Below, piece after piece: positions 14,414 to 28,200 of a stretch of DNA of 64,000 nt. The translations under genes and the position numbers were made by a program. Under the pieces are notes generated by a model. That model was not told where the DNA came from. It searched no databases and saw only the letters and a program-made list of their open reading frames with translations. This DNA comes from Podarcis muralis (taxonomy: Eukaryota). The stretch lies in the NCBI RefSeq assembly GCF_964188315.1, contig NC_135670.1, positions 15,996,001 through 16,060,000 of the forward strand, given 5' to 3'. Every line of letters starts with the position of its first letter. Positions within the stretch are counted from its first letter, which is position 1.

Positions 14414-15699
14414 GTCAGACCCATGAGGCCTCTTCTCTCCCTCTCTCAGTCAATTGCTTTCTGGGGTGAATTGCTCATCTTGTCACTCTCCCAACTGGAG
14501 GTGAATCTGAGAAAGTGCTCTCTCTGTGTACACATACAGGTAGCAAGATTGAGAAGCAAGTTCTCGTCACAAAACGGATTGCAACTGTTCCTGCATTATG
14601 TGCCTTAGATCAATCGGCAAATAGCATGTGACAAGAGATGACATGGGGATGACATGATATTCAGATGAAGTGCAGTATATAAATTTAATAAAATAAAATA
14701 TATGGCATGTACAGCACCTCCCAAAGGTGCCTGCATTTAGCAATGAATGCACATTATCATGCAGTATGTGCACAAGCCATACTTGATACATTGAAGGAGG
14801 AGTGTGGCTATTAGACTTTTCACTTTGTTTTCACTTATAACCACTGTGTGGCTGTACTAGGATTTGTAAGATTAGGTATCATCCATATGTTCAATAAAAC
14901 AAATGTGGTTCATTCTTTTTGCTCTATAAGGGACAGTTTCAAATATATTTTGCAGTCTATTGTGTGTGCACGTTGTGTGTGTGTGTGTGTATTGCTTAAT
15001 TTTAATAACAGGGTGTGTGAAAATATTCAAATAACTTTTAACCTGGCACTTACATAATTTCCAATTTATGCACTGTTATTAGGGATTAATTTTGATTTTA
15101 TTTATTTTGGCCGTGCATCCTGTCTCTGCTACAAACTCACCAGGTATCCTAACCATAACATTCTCAGCCTTAAATCTTTTTATAGAGTGCCTGCAACTGG
15201 CCCCATGCTGCATGTAAAACTTGTTACTAAGAATCTGAAACTGAGTTTGCTTATTTCTTTCTCCCATTTGATTTATTTTCCTTTTGTGTAGTCTATTTTA
15301 AAAACGGACCTTATTTGTATTGTTCTCTGTAATGATGTTTTCTCAGCTGAAAAGTGGCCTAATTTTCTTTTTCTTTAAATAAAATGATCCAGGGGATGCA
15401 GCAAAATCCAACCCTATAACCCGTCTCCCAGGATATCTCACCCTGGAGAAAGCTCAATATCTAACTAGCTGCACTTTGGCAGCTCAAAGGGCATCTTCGT
15501 CAGGGAAAAATACTACAGCTCCCATCATGCTCAGCGGTGAGGATGGGCGAGGGTTGGCTTGGGAGTGAATGGGGCCCGGATTGAAACTTCAACTCCCATG
15601 ATGCTCCTCCGACCAGAACTTAAAACGAGACCACAAATCCCATCATGCCTAGGCTCAGGACTCCGGAGTTCCTTTTTGTGGTTTCCCCAAAACTCGCCT

Positions 15700-16228
15700 C
15701 TGGGGTGCGACTGGTCGGGGTCGGAGCGCGGCAAGTGCTGCAGCGACCGCCGGTGTGAAGACTCCATCCATCTAACCGCTGACTGGAGCCCGTGCGCGTG
15801 CGCACTTCCGCCTCCCTCAGAACTGTGCGCAGGCGTAGTTGGCGTCCTGCAGCTTTCGTTATGCGCAGGCGCGTCCAGCGGAGGCGGAGTGAATAAGGTG
15901 GGAAGACGACGCGCAAGCGCATTGCTTTTTCCGTTTTGTAGAGAAGCGCCGCACGCGCTACGCGAAGGGCGGGGCGGGGGGGGGGAGAGCGTGAGTAGTC
16001 CGTTGTCCTATCAACCGATCTTGGTGGAAGAGCGGTGGGCGGGGCCATGGTGACAGAGCCCGCTTCCTCATTGGTGGAGGCTGAGGCGCCTCCGACCCTG
16101 ATTGGCTATGCAGCCACAGCAGTCAATTTAGGCTGTTCGGGCGCGGTGAAACGGCATTTCCCCCCTCCCTTTCCTTTCTCCTCCTCCAGAAGGTTCCGCG
16201 CCGGCTTCCCCCACGCTTCGCCGTGAAG
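15700..16228. promoter_or_regulatory. Bidirectional CpG-island promoter of CCT3 / TSACC
   Basis: High CpG; NRF1-type TGCGCGTGCGCA (15793-804) and TGCGCAGGCG (15826, 15862); ETS ACTTCCG (15804-10); GC box near 15968; inverted CCAAT near 16070 and 16100; possible TSACC exon-1 donor CAGG|GTGAGA at 15441. Confidence 0.8.
16183..16197 (+). promoter_or_regulatory. CCT3: Heat-shock element at CCT3 5' end
   Basis: cCTCc-aGAAg-gTTCc: three alternating nGAAn units, one imperfect, 31 nt before the ATG and after a long pyrimidine tract. CCT subunit genes are known HSF targets. Confidence 0.6.
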
Positions 16229-19200
16229 ATGATGGGCCAGCGCCCCGTCCTCGTGCTCAGTGAGTCTGAAGGAAAGGGGGTGGGTGAGAGGAGCCCCTCC
16301 ATGGACCCGCCCCTCCTCTGCCACCCCCACGAAGGCCCCCCTCAGAAAACCCCCTTAATTCGATTATCTCACCCTTCCCCAATTCCCTCCCGTAATATCT
16401 CTTTTCAGATATGCACAGAAAGTATATGTTGGAGACCACTCCTTATTATTGCCCCCTCGCACTAAATTCCCCATATAATTCTCTGCCTCCTTTAGCTCCC
16501 CCCCCCCGTATAAACTGAACCCCAACATTCCTGGTTGCTCCTGTCTCGCCTCCCCGACTGTATAATAAACATGCCCCATAATTTATATATACCCCACCTC
16601 TTTTATCCCCGGAAAGTATTTTCTGGACACCCCCTTCCCCCCTTAACCACCTGCATTCCTTGATACTCCTGTTTTGTCCCCCTCCCACAAAAAACCAAGT
16701 GTGTAATAGGAACCTTTCCTGTTCCCCTTCAAATTCTCATCAACAACGTTCTCCTTCATTTATACCCTCCTCCCTCCCAAAGAAGTGCCTATTAAGAGGC
16801 CTTTTTGTTGCCCCTCAAATAATTTTTCTCCTGCTGTATTAAAACACTTCTTGCTCCGGCCCACCTATGTTTCACTGAATTCTGCCCTGTTTCACATTCT
16901 TCCAAAATTTCCTAAATTCTGTATCTTCCCCATCCCCCCGAAAGTATGTGTTGGGCATTTCTCCTGATCATTCCAAACCCCTCCCAGAATGCCCCACTTC
17001 ATTTAATCCCCCCTCCATACTCAAAAAGTGTATATTGGGGGAGGGGGGCTTCTACTAAATCTTCCCCATAATTTCCTGCTTCTTACATGCTGCCTCCTGC
17101 CTTCCCAGTTAATAATCATGTATTAGGTTGAGCTACTATGAGCCTTAATAGGGTTTACGGTCCTGATCTGCTGTATCCCATTGTGTTTCAAGCTGGGCGT
17201 ATATTGTGGATGTGCCCTCTCTTGTCAGTAAGCTGTTTGCGTGGAGGGTGCTCCCTTCATCAGTCTCCTCAAATATACCCCACCCCCATAATTCTTCTCC
17301 CGCTGTATTACACCTCTTCTTCCTACCCACCTTTGTTTCACTGAATTCTGCCTTGCTTCACATTTCATCACTGTCTGTTCCCTCACACTTTACACATATT
17401 ATTCTCCATTTTAAGATGCCTAAGGCAGCACACAGAACTAGGAATGAATGTTGGTGTCTTGACTCTGTTGATTCTTCTGTTCTTTCCCTGATGTCCATGT
17501 GCTCGGTTCTACTGCCCTGCCTCCTTTAAAAAAATATTGTCAGTAGACTAGTTTTGCTATTTTGTTCTGATTACTAGTTTCTTGGCTCCAGTATTGGATT
17601 GATCTTGTTGGATCCTCCTTCCATTCATAAAAGGAGAATCAAAGTGAGATTTGACACACTATCGGAGTGGCTAGAGAGAGTTTCCAAATATGGGTGTGGA
17701 TTTCTGGTGCAGAATGCGCCACATGTGTGCAGCAGATAGCAGGGTTGTGGAGATGGTAGGAGTAAATATCTGAAATGGGGATACGCTGAAAGTGTGTGCA
17801 TTGAGAGAGTTCCCTAAATCAGCTTTCTGTTGCAGGCTCAAATATCATACAATACATTCCCATGTCATTGACAACAGGAGTTAGGTTTCCCTTGGTCTCT
17901 CCCTAGAGTCAAATGAATGTAGTTGAAAATTGAATAAGCCAGTGATAGCCCTTTCCTTGCTCATCATAGTTATTGGATGTTTTAATATACCTTCCTGTCT
18001 TTGTTGGGGTGTGGGGAATAGAGATTGTAGCTATCTGACTGCACACATTAATATATATAGAGAGAAAGTAGATACTTAGGAATTAGCAATGTGTGTTTAT
18101 TCTACACACTTAACAGTTTATATACCGCTTAACTGCAAATTGTTTCAACTGTATGTTTAGTCAGGAGGACTCATGGGAAAGAACTCATAAATGAAATAAA
18201 TAATAATAAATAACCACCCCCAATTGGTTACAGTTTTTACTGTGGTATGTCGATTGTAGAGTTGTTGAAGTAAATGTTCTGTCATTAGCATTTGAACATT
18301 CTAGACCAGGGGTCTGCAACCTTTAAGACAAAAAGAGCCACTTGGACCCGTTTCCGAAGGGGGGGAAAACTGGGAGCCGCAAAACCATTGCGACATTTAA
18401 AGCATGCGCGCCGCTGCCCTCCGATCTGACAGCGGGCGGGAAGGTGACGTCGGGACGGTGCGTGACTAACGCACGCACCGCCCCCATGCGACGTCACAGC
18501 CAGTACAGCGCCCGCCACAGTGCGGAGTGTCGGGGCGCACAATGTGCCTCCTCCCCTCGCTAGTATCCGCCCCGGAGCCGCGGCAAAGGTGTAAAAGAGC
18601 CACATGCGGCTCTGGAGCCGCGGGTTGCAGACCCCTGTTCTAGACCATGGTTGGGGGAAATATTTTTTTTTTTTAATGATATTTATTAAAGTTTAACAAT
18701 TACAAAAAAGAAAAGAAAAAGCAAACAATAGAAGAGTTACAATACTTCAAAAATGAAAAAGAATACAATAAAAAAAACAGTACAGCGGAACAATAAAAAA
18801 ACAAAAAACAAAAACATTTAAAGAAAAAAAACACAGCCGATATTTTCATATCTTTATCTTTCATTTACTTATTTCCTCGACTTCCTCACACCTCCCTTTT
18901 TTGTATTCTAATTCAATTAGCTGTTTCAGCAAGTCCTTTCCCTCTTTCTCAGATTTTGTTCTATAATTTATCTTAACGCAGTTTGACCTTATATTTTACA
19001 CTTTGACCCATTAACAATCCATTTTTACTTAATTCTTTATAACCTTTCTGCTAAAACCATGTAAATTCATTCCAGCATCCTTCTAACATTCATTAATTTT
19101 ACAATATTTCTGTAAATATACTTTAAATTTTTTCCAATCTTCTTCCACCGACTCTTCTCCCTGGTCTCGGATTCTGCCAGTCATTTCCGCCAGGTTGGGG

Positions 19201-22200
19201 GGAAATAATGTGCCATGTACCCATTAAGACAAAAATGGGTATTCCAGAAGCCTTGCTAGTACAGGAACATCACAAGCAACTATATTGCCATTTAGGGTTG
19301 GTTGGTTGGTTGGTTGGTTATGATTTGATTTGGCTACTAGAGAAGTGATTTCCTACATTGCCTGCTAGAAATTGTGTAATCTTCCATTTCTGTTCCTTTA
19401 AGACATGCTTTATTTACCTATGCTGTGCTGTTATGCATTCTTACCTTACTCATTGAATATGGTGGGATTAATGTCTGATTAAGCATGCATAGGATTGTGC
19501 TATTTGTGGCAGAAGTCACAGATTATTATTGCACTGGGCCCATTCTAAAGTCCCATGGTGGGGAGGGAATAGGAAAACAAGGAGGAATGAATGTGAACGA
19601 AAGAAGTAGTTAGGGTGAAAATGGGAGGTCTACAAAAGAAATTTTAAGAAAGAGAGCCTGCATTTTTGTGAACGAGTTGTATTAGATGATTTTCATAATT
19701 GTTTTTCTGTTTGCTTTAGGTCAGAACACAAAGCGAGAGACTGGCAGAAAAGTCCAGACCGGAAATATTAATGCTGCTAAGGTATATTTTTCTGTAAAAT
19801 GCATTGGGGATGTGAAAGACAACCTGTTAAAAGTGCACACAGGAGTGGGTGGTGACCAGATAAAAAGAGGGTAACACTTTTTTACTTTTAACCATTGCCT
19901 ACTAAAGAAAGTTTCATCAAGGACACAAAGCTGTCCTGCCAGCATTCCTTCTTCTGTGTTTGGTCAGTCTAAAAAGAGACGAGAGGCAGACACACAAACA
20001 CAAAAAAATAGAAGTGGTCCCTCATTGAAGTTTTGGGTTAAAGTTGGATCCTGGGTCTGAAAAGACTGAAGGCTGCTGATTTAATATTTGATGCAACAGA
20101 ACTGTCAAGCCTTTGCATAATAATATCTAATTACCTTTCCCCCGTGGTCTCCAGAGTTCACTGTCTTTTCACTTCCTTTCAGTAGCGCACAGTTCTCCTG
20201 TCTCCTAGCCAAACAGATCTTTTTCCTCCCTGCACAGAAGATGACCTGTTTTTAAGTGTTCTGTTGGCAACAGCTTCCTCTGCAGATGTTGAAATGTTTA
20301 TGAATATTCCATAGTATCACAGCATGTTTAGGCTTACAGTTGACAGGCAGTAGCTAATTTTATGTCTCATAATGTTTCTGAAATTCAGCGAATAACTATC
20401 AAGGATTTACCTAAGCTTTTCTTTTAAAATCATTTCTTTCCATTTCAGACCATTGCTGATATTATCAGAACATGCTTAGGACCAAGGGCCATGATGAAGG
20501 TGAGAATACTTTTCCCCATCATTGCTTCATTAATTCACAGTAAAGAGAGAATCTGAATACACATTTTCTTTTGTTGTTATTGCATTCCATGTAATCTGAC
20601 ATAAGTGTTTCTAAATCTCCAATGCAGATGCTGTTGGACCCAATGGGTGGCATAGTTATGACCAATGATGGCAACGCTATTCTTAGAGAAGTAAGTCCTT
20701 GGTGCTCACAGGAGCTGTAGTTTCTTAGGGCTTAGCCAAAAGGCAGGCACAGCCTAAGAAATAAATAAATATATAGTCTGTCTTGCCACATATGATTTGA
20801 AGAATTGTGAAATTGAATGGTGGGAAGTGCCTCTTAATGGGAATGCCCCAGAATTAACTTTAACAGCCAAAATGGCTTTTGAGAAGCACTTTAGGGCAGC
20901 CTTCATGCTCTTATTCCACCTGAAACAGGAGTATGGGGGCTGCCTTACATTGTTTTTCAAAAGCACTGTTTGAAGCAAGTTGCACGCTTCTCTTGTCCAC
21001 TCGCAGGAGAAGTGCACAATCTGCTTCAAACAGTGCTTTTGGAAAGTGCTTTAAACTCTGCTCACCAGATGATGAATAGGGATTAATCTTGCTGCCTTGG
21101 CTGTATGATCCTGTTCCCTACTGGGAACAGGATGTACGGCCAATATAAAGGTAAAGGTACCCCTGCCCGTACGGGCCAGTCTTGACAGACTCTAGGGTTG
21201 TGTCCGGAGACACTTCCGGGTCACGTGGCCAGCGAGCCAGAGCCGCACACGGAAACGCCGTTTACCTTCCCGCTAGTAAGCGGTCCCTATTTATCTACTT
21301 GCACCCGGGAGTGCTTTCGAACTGCTAGGTTGGCAGGCACTGGGACCGAACAACGGGAGCGCACCCTGCCACGGGGATTTGAACCGCCGACCTTTCGATC
21401 GGCAAGCCCTAGGTGCTGAGGCTTTTACCCACAGCGCCACCCGCGTCCCACCACGGCCAATATAGTGAAGCATTAAACCCTGTCCTGTAATCCCATTCCA
21501 TCTCTATGTAGGTCTAATTCAAGACCCCCTGGTGTTTCAGGAGGTTTCAATAAGGGAGCAGGAGTGCTCTAGAATGCAAGGTTTGTTCATGAGTCCTTCC
21601 TTCCCTTTACAGATTCAGGTCCAGCACCCAGCTGCCAAGTCCATGATTGAAATCAGCCGCACTCAGGATGAAGAGGTGGGCGATGGGACCACATCCGTGA
21701 TTATACTTGGTAAGATCACTCTGTGTATGCTCTTGTATGCCTGCCTGCACAAAAGAAACCGTAAATCAGAGAAGCATGTTGGTGCATTAAATGGCCACAA
21801 ATGATTCACCTCTCTTGAGGTGTTACGGGTATCATTGTGATGGAGACAAGAGAAATATTGAACACTGGACGCAACCTGTTATTTAAATGAATGGGATCTG
21901 GACACAAGAGCACTGTAATTCTGTTTCATTTCAATGGGACATGCAGGAGAATCTCTCTGGGTTTTACCCTGTGTTAAATGGTGGGGAGTACCATTTGGAT
22001 TTGCCAGCTCTTTGTAAAAAAAACCATGTTCATAGGTGCTTGCATATTAATGAAGCCAATTTAACATGAAAAGGTGTTGGCTCTCCCCAATATGATCCAT
22101 TCCCAAGAGAGCAAACCTAGATAGAGCTTGTAACATGAAAGAATCAGATAGTCTAGCATTATTAGCAACAGTCTAGCTCAGTACTTCTGTCTTGGCCCAG

Positions 22201-25200
22201 TGTGAGTCACTTGCTGTCAAAAGGAACTATTTCTCCTCCATGCCTGGAATTGATGACACTTCTGGTTTTTGCCTCTGTTTTGTACCAGCTGGCAGAGCGA
22301 TCATTGGGGGAGACCTGGGGATAAAGGTCTTGAGATGCTCTGACTAATTTGTGTCACTGGCCATAACTTGTGCTAACTGTAGTTCATTACTGTGTGCAAT
22401 TCAGAAGCATTGCAGTTGGTTGCAGAAATCCTCATTAACTGCTCTCTGTTTGCTGTTTAGCCGGTGAGATGTTGTCAGTTGCAGAGCACTTCCTTGAGCA
22501 GCAGATGCACCCAACAGTGATCATTAGTGCATACCGAAAAGCTCTGGATGACATGATCACTGCTCTGAAAAAGATCAGGTGAGCAGGGAAGCTGAAAAGT
22601 AGAAGGGGATATGGTGGGTGGGCAGGTGATCTGATGACCCATCTGATGACACCTGAAGGATGTGACAAAAAGGCAAATGAAAAGCCCAGAGCTAGGTGGA
22701 AATGATGCAAGAGTAGTTGTGATCATCCCTTTGCCCAAGTGTTTGTGCATCTAGGTGCAAATTCACATTTGATCCCTCTCTATTCCTTTCTGAGGAGGGA
22801 CCCTTATTTACATGATATACTAAATTATTTGCATGTGGAAGGTCCGAGGGTTATCTGCCTGAGATCTTGAAGTTCTGTTGTCAGAATGGACAGTTTTGGA
22901 GTAGATGAAATACTTGACTTGGTTTAAGCATCTTTGATAAGAGCAAAGCATTACAAATCAAAATAAAGTTGAAACATGTAGCTGGGGCAGTTGCAGAGAA
23001 CTTCATGACCATCCAATCTGCTTCAAGTGTGCTTTGATTTGATCTTCGGTTGTCCCCAAAGTCTACTAGCACGCTCAGCCAGCAGTGAACTGCGTAAAGT
23101 TCTATTCTGTTTGTCTTCTGGATGACATGCTTTATGCTTGGTTTTTGCAGCACTCCAGTCGACATTGGCAACAGAGAAGCTATGCTTAAAATAATCAACA
23201 GTGCCATCAGCACAAAGGCTATCAGTCGCTGGTCAGATCTGGCCTGCACCATTGCTCTCGATGCAGTCAGGACAGTGGAGTTTGAAGAGAATGGCAGGAA
23301 GGAAATCGACATCAAGAAATATGCCAAAGTAGAAAAGGTACAAAGGAAAAAAATGTACTGCTTTTTGAAGGCCTGGAATAAAATGATTTGAAGCCCCTTA
23401 GGAATCACTGACACCATATTACATGTGTGAAGTAAACAAACAAAATACAGAGAATGAATATAGATTGATCCTTCTGAGTTCATATTTGCTTTCAAGTATG
23501 GAAGAGCCTTGCTCTCAGAGTCAGAATATTGTTTAAAGCATAGTTTATAACATACCAAAACTAAAAAGGTAAAGGACTCCAGTCAAAGGCGACTATGGGG
23601 TTGTGGCGCTCATCTCGCTTTCAGGCCAAGGGAGCCGGCGTTTGTCCACAGACAGTTTTCCAGGTCATGTGGCAGCATGACTAAACCGCATATATACAAT
23701 CAAAACAAAGGGAAGGTTATAATAAAACACATCCACATGCATTACCACCTACATGCCTTCGTAGCAACAAATACAAAAGAGATTGCCTTTTCCCCACTTT
23801 TCTCTTGTTCTTTACTTGTGGATGCCCTCTTTGTCTCATCCAGATTCCTGGTGGCTTTATTGAGGATTCATGTGTCCTGCGTGGGGTCATGATCAATAAA
23901 GACATCACTCACCCCCGGATGCGTCGCACCATCAAGAACCCCCGCATCATCTTGCTGGATTGCTCATTGGAGTACAAGAAAGGCGAGAGTCAGGTATGTT
24001 GGGCTGCAAGTCTCATCTGCTCTTCAGTGCTGAGGGCTGGAATGGGTTGAACCCAAGCACTTCTCACATTTTAAACATTGTATTCTTATTGTTATCAGTT
24101 CAGAATACAAAAGATACAATTCAAGATATACGAAAGGAAAGAAAGAGCTAGCTATCTAAACAATAATTGAGATAAAACAAATGTGATCAAATGATACAGG
24201 CTCATCATGCCCTCAGCAGTCTCCATTGATGGATTTATGTTTTCTTGTACCTTAGAAGGTAAAGCTAACTCCCAGTGTGCTGGCTGAAGCTGATGGAAGT
24301 TGTAGTCCAAAACATCAGGAGGGTATCAGGTTGGGAAAAGTTGACCACCATTTTATGTACCTCTTATTGTTTAAAGAGAATTATAAGTATCATATATTGT
24401 CAAAGCAGTCAGGAGATATACTTTCCAGTTAGTGGAGGATGCTTTGGCCTAAAAGGCAGCAAATAATAAAATAAGCAAAAGTTTATGAAAGAGCCACATA
24501 TGCCCAGTGGAGTATAAATCTCACTTGTCTTCTTTTATGCAGACTGACATTGAAATAACTCGTGAGGAGGACTTTGCTCGCATTCTGCAGATGGAGGAGG
24601 AGTTTATTCATCAGATGTGTGAGCACTTGATCAAAGTCAAACCAGATCTCATCATCACAGAGAAGGGAATCTCAGGTAAACACCAAAGTGTATTTCTGTG
24701 GGTAAACATCTGGTTATTAAAATCTTCTCACCTCCCTGCCTTTTCATTGTACTTAATATTTTTTGTTTTCAGACCTGGCACAACATTTCCTAATGAGAGC
24801 CAATATCACTGCCATACGCCGGGTGAGGAAAACTGACAATAACCGGATTGCAAGGTGATTGCAACACTGATTTTTGTTTTGATGGCATGCCAAGGGTGCT
24901 TTCTTTTCTTCTGCATTCCATCAGTTAGTTTTTAATCTTTAGGGTAGCAGCTATCTTAGCCAGGGCAGAGCATAGTGGTGAGGAGCCAGATATTTTTGTA
25001 CTCTCCCTTCTTGTTACTACATGCTGGCTGAGGATGAAAGCTCTGGTGTTCTGTTTGTTTAGTCAGGATTGTATATATCTTTTGGGGGAAATTTGAAAGC
25101 ATGGGAGAATGCTTAAGTTCTGGAAACTTCCTTTTATGCCTTAAGCCAGCTGTGGGGGGAGTAAGGGATTAGAAGCTTCCTAATAGTAGGAAACACGGAT

Positions 25201-28200
25201 GATTGGGGGAGGAAACTTCACCGCCTGGCCTTCAAAACTGCAAACTTATCTGAAACCAGGCAGAGAGGCTAGGCATGCAGTTGATTAGATGCCAGCTTGA
25301 TTTGTGTCCTGAAGGAAGGGTTGCCAATCCTCTGAAGAGCAGATAAGAACACAATTTCCCAGCAGTTCTGAGACCCAGTTTTCCCCTCTTCAGAATTACC
25401 CACTAGCAAGAAAACAAAACTGTTGGTAATGCCTGTCCTCCAAGGAAGAGTCTTGGATGCAGGTGTGGAGCTACAGCATTGGAGTGGTGTCTTTTGCTCT
25501 TTTTCTGCAGGGCCTGCGGGGCTCGTATTGTCAGCCGCCCAGATGAGCTGCGTGAGGAGGATGTTGGGACTGGGGCAGGACTTTTTGAAGTGAAGAAAAT
25601 TGGGGACGAGTACTTTACATTCATCACTGAGTGCAAGGAGCCCAAGGCCTGCACCATTATGCTCCGGGGCGCTAGCAAAGAGATTCTGGCGGTAAGCACC
25701 CAGTCATTAATAGGAGACAGATAGGCAACAACTTTTGTTCAGGGCTTTTTTTTCTCCCTGGGGAGACAGGAGAGATGTGGCTTTGGAATTGAATCACTTA
25801 AAGATGATCCAAATCTATGTCAACCTGTTTTGAATGTTGAGTGTTTAAAAGAACCCTCTGGAACATCTAGTCCAGTCTTCCTCAACATGGTGCCCTTCAG
25901 ATATTTTGCATAGCTCCTGTTATTCCCAGCCAGCATGGCCAACAGTCAGGGATGATTGGAGTTGTAGTCGAAAACATCTTGAGAGCAGCAGATTGAGGAT
26001 GACTAGTCTAGATCACTTCCAAGAAGCTCTCTGAAACTTAATATCTTTCAAACTCCTGATGGCTCTATGTGCACTGTCCGTTTGTTTTCAGAATTAAATT
26101 TGGCACTTGCTTTGAGTACAGTTCTAAAACTTTGTTTTTGAAATGTTGGTGTGTTTGCTGCCCCGAGATCTTTCAGGAGGAAGGGCAGGAGATAAATTCA
26201 GTTAAGAATAAAAAGGTTTACCTTTTAGAGTAATGAGTGTGAATAGCCTGTCCTTGGGTAAGTTAGTCCCTGTTGGTGTTCTGCGTGTAATTCTGCATCA
26301 GGAATGGTTGGCGCATTTTGTTGCTCCTTATAGAGAAATGCCTTGGAATTGCCTGCGCTCAGTGGATTTGGTCTGAAAGAAGGCAAGGTGAAAACAGTGA
26401 CACCTGCACCAAGCAGCCTCCCCTCACGAGAGGCTTTCCGTATTTCATTCATTTAGTTATTGTATCCACAGCCATCTCCCCTTTGAAATGTTCACCGGTT
26501 TGCTAAGCATGAAATGTGAACCTTTGCGCACTCTCCTCTTCCCCTTTCTTGCAGGAGGTGGAGCGCAACCTCCAGGATGCCATGCAGGTCTGTCGGAATG
26601 TCCTGATTGATGCTCAGCTGGTGCCAGGAGGTGGTGCTTCTGAGATGGCCGTTGCTCATTCCTTGACAGAGAGGTCGAAGGTCATGACTGGGGTGGAGCA
26701 GTGGCCCTACCGTGCAGTTGCCCAGGCCCTAGAAGTCATTCCCAGGACCCTGATTCAGAACTGTGGCGCTAGTACCATCCGCACACTCACTTCACTACGG
26801 GTAAGGGATGTGTTTGCTGTTGCTACTGTTCTGCTCTGATTCCTCTCCTTTTGTCCTTGCAGCTAATAGCTGAAGATTGTCAAAAGCAAGAATTATGCTA
26901 GGTGCTCTGTGCAGAGTAGAAATGATACTGTCTGCTCAGAGGCCCTAGAAATCATTCCAGAAAAGATTGTGAGCTCTGAACCTCAAATGTTAAATCAGCT
27001 AGGAGTGAGCGTAAGCTGAGTAGATGGGAGTCCTTTAGGAATGGTCACAGGGCTGCTTCATGACCTTTGGAACTACTTGCTTTTCAGAAGTGTGGTATGG
27101 GGGGTGCAACTGGATTGCTCAGTTGAATCAGTAAGTAGAAATCGGGCAATTCTGATATTGCATTGCATCAGGACTTTCTATTGTTGCTTACAGGCCAAGC
27201 ACACCCAGGAAGGCAGTCAGACCTGGGGAGTAAATGGGGAGACTGGAGCCTTGGCAGACATGAAGGAGCTGGGTATATGGGAGCCTTTGTCTGTCAAGCT
27301 GCAGACCTACAAGACAGCTGTAGAGGTAAGAGAAACCACAAGCCTGATTCCATGGAAGCCAAAAGTTTTCACTACCCTGCCAAAGGAGGTCTGTGGCAAG
27401 AAGTGGGTGTAAAGTCTGCCTTGTTCATTGCGAGTGAAATTTATAGTCCAAAGTTCTCTTCTGGGAGAATGCTTTCTTCCCTCTGCAGTCTGCTGCTATG
27501 TGCCATGTTCATACAAGAGCACTGAAAGAATTCTTACTGGCTGCCCCACAACTTTGCTTCTCTAAGCCTGTTGATCAGGCACAGGGAAGCTGTAGCCCTT
27601 CAGACTACATACAACTCACATAATGCCTGAGGGTGGCCATGCTGGCTGTTGGGAGCTGGAGGCCAACAATATCTGGAGGCCAACGGGTTATTCAGCCATG
27701 TTGTACATCTCTGGAAAACCCTTTTATATATTTTGGGTTAAGTTTGATAATGAGAGTGAAAAGACAGCCTAATTTGCTAGTCTGACTTTCTTGAATGCAT
27801 TATATTTTTAGTTTAGCTGCCCATCTCTTTAATCTCATGTCTCCACCTGTCTTAGGACATGCTGTAATCTATAAAATATACCATATTGGCACAAATATAA
27901 GATGCACCCGCAAATAAGCTGCACCTTTAAAAGTGAAGGGGGAGGAGAAAAAAATATATAACCAGGCTGCTTCGGGGGAGGGGAGCCAGGCTGCTTTGCT
28001 GGCGGCCTTTCCACCTTCCCCCTTCCTTAGGTGGCTCAGGGAAGGCTTGGGAGCAGCGGGCAGGTTCAGCGTGGCTGCTATGCGCTCCCGGCTGTTCTCG
28101 GGGGGGGGGGGGAGCCACACCACTTTGCCGGCGGTCTCCCCCCCCCCCTTCCCCTGGCGGAGGCTTGGGAGCAGTGGGCGGGCTGCATGCCGTTGCCCCA

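Noticed and set aside
15559-16053. 164-aa and 142-aa ORFs in the CCT3/TSACC promoter
   Set aside because: Stop-poor CpG-island sequence without splice or homology support.
22250-22425. TGATGA...CTGA pair and two hairpins in CCT3 intron 5 (possible snoRNA)
   Set aside because: Weak terminal stem, no recognisable rRNA/snRNA guide, no H or ACA box.
22975-23130. Two-hairpin structure ending in ACA in CCT3 intron 6 (possible H/ACA snoRNA)
   Set aside because: No ANANNA H box in the hinge, and the ACA is only ~22 nt from the 3' splice site. An Infernal/snoGPS run would be needed to revive it.
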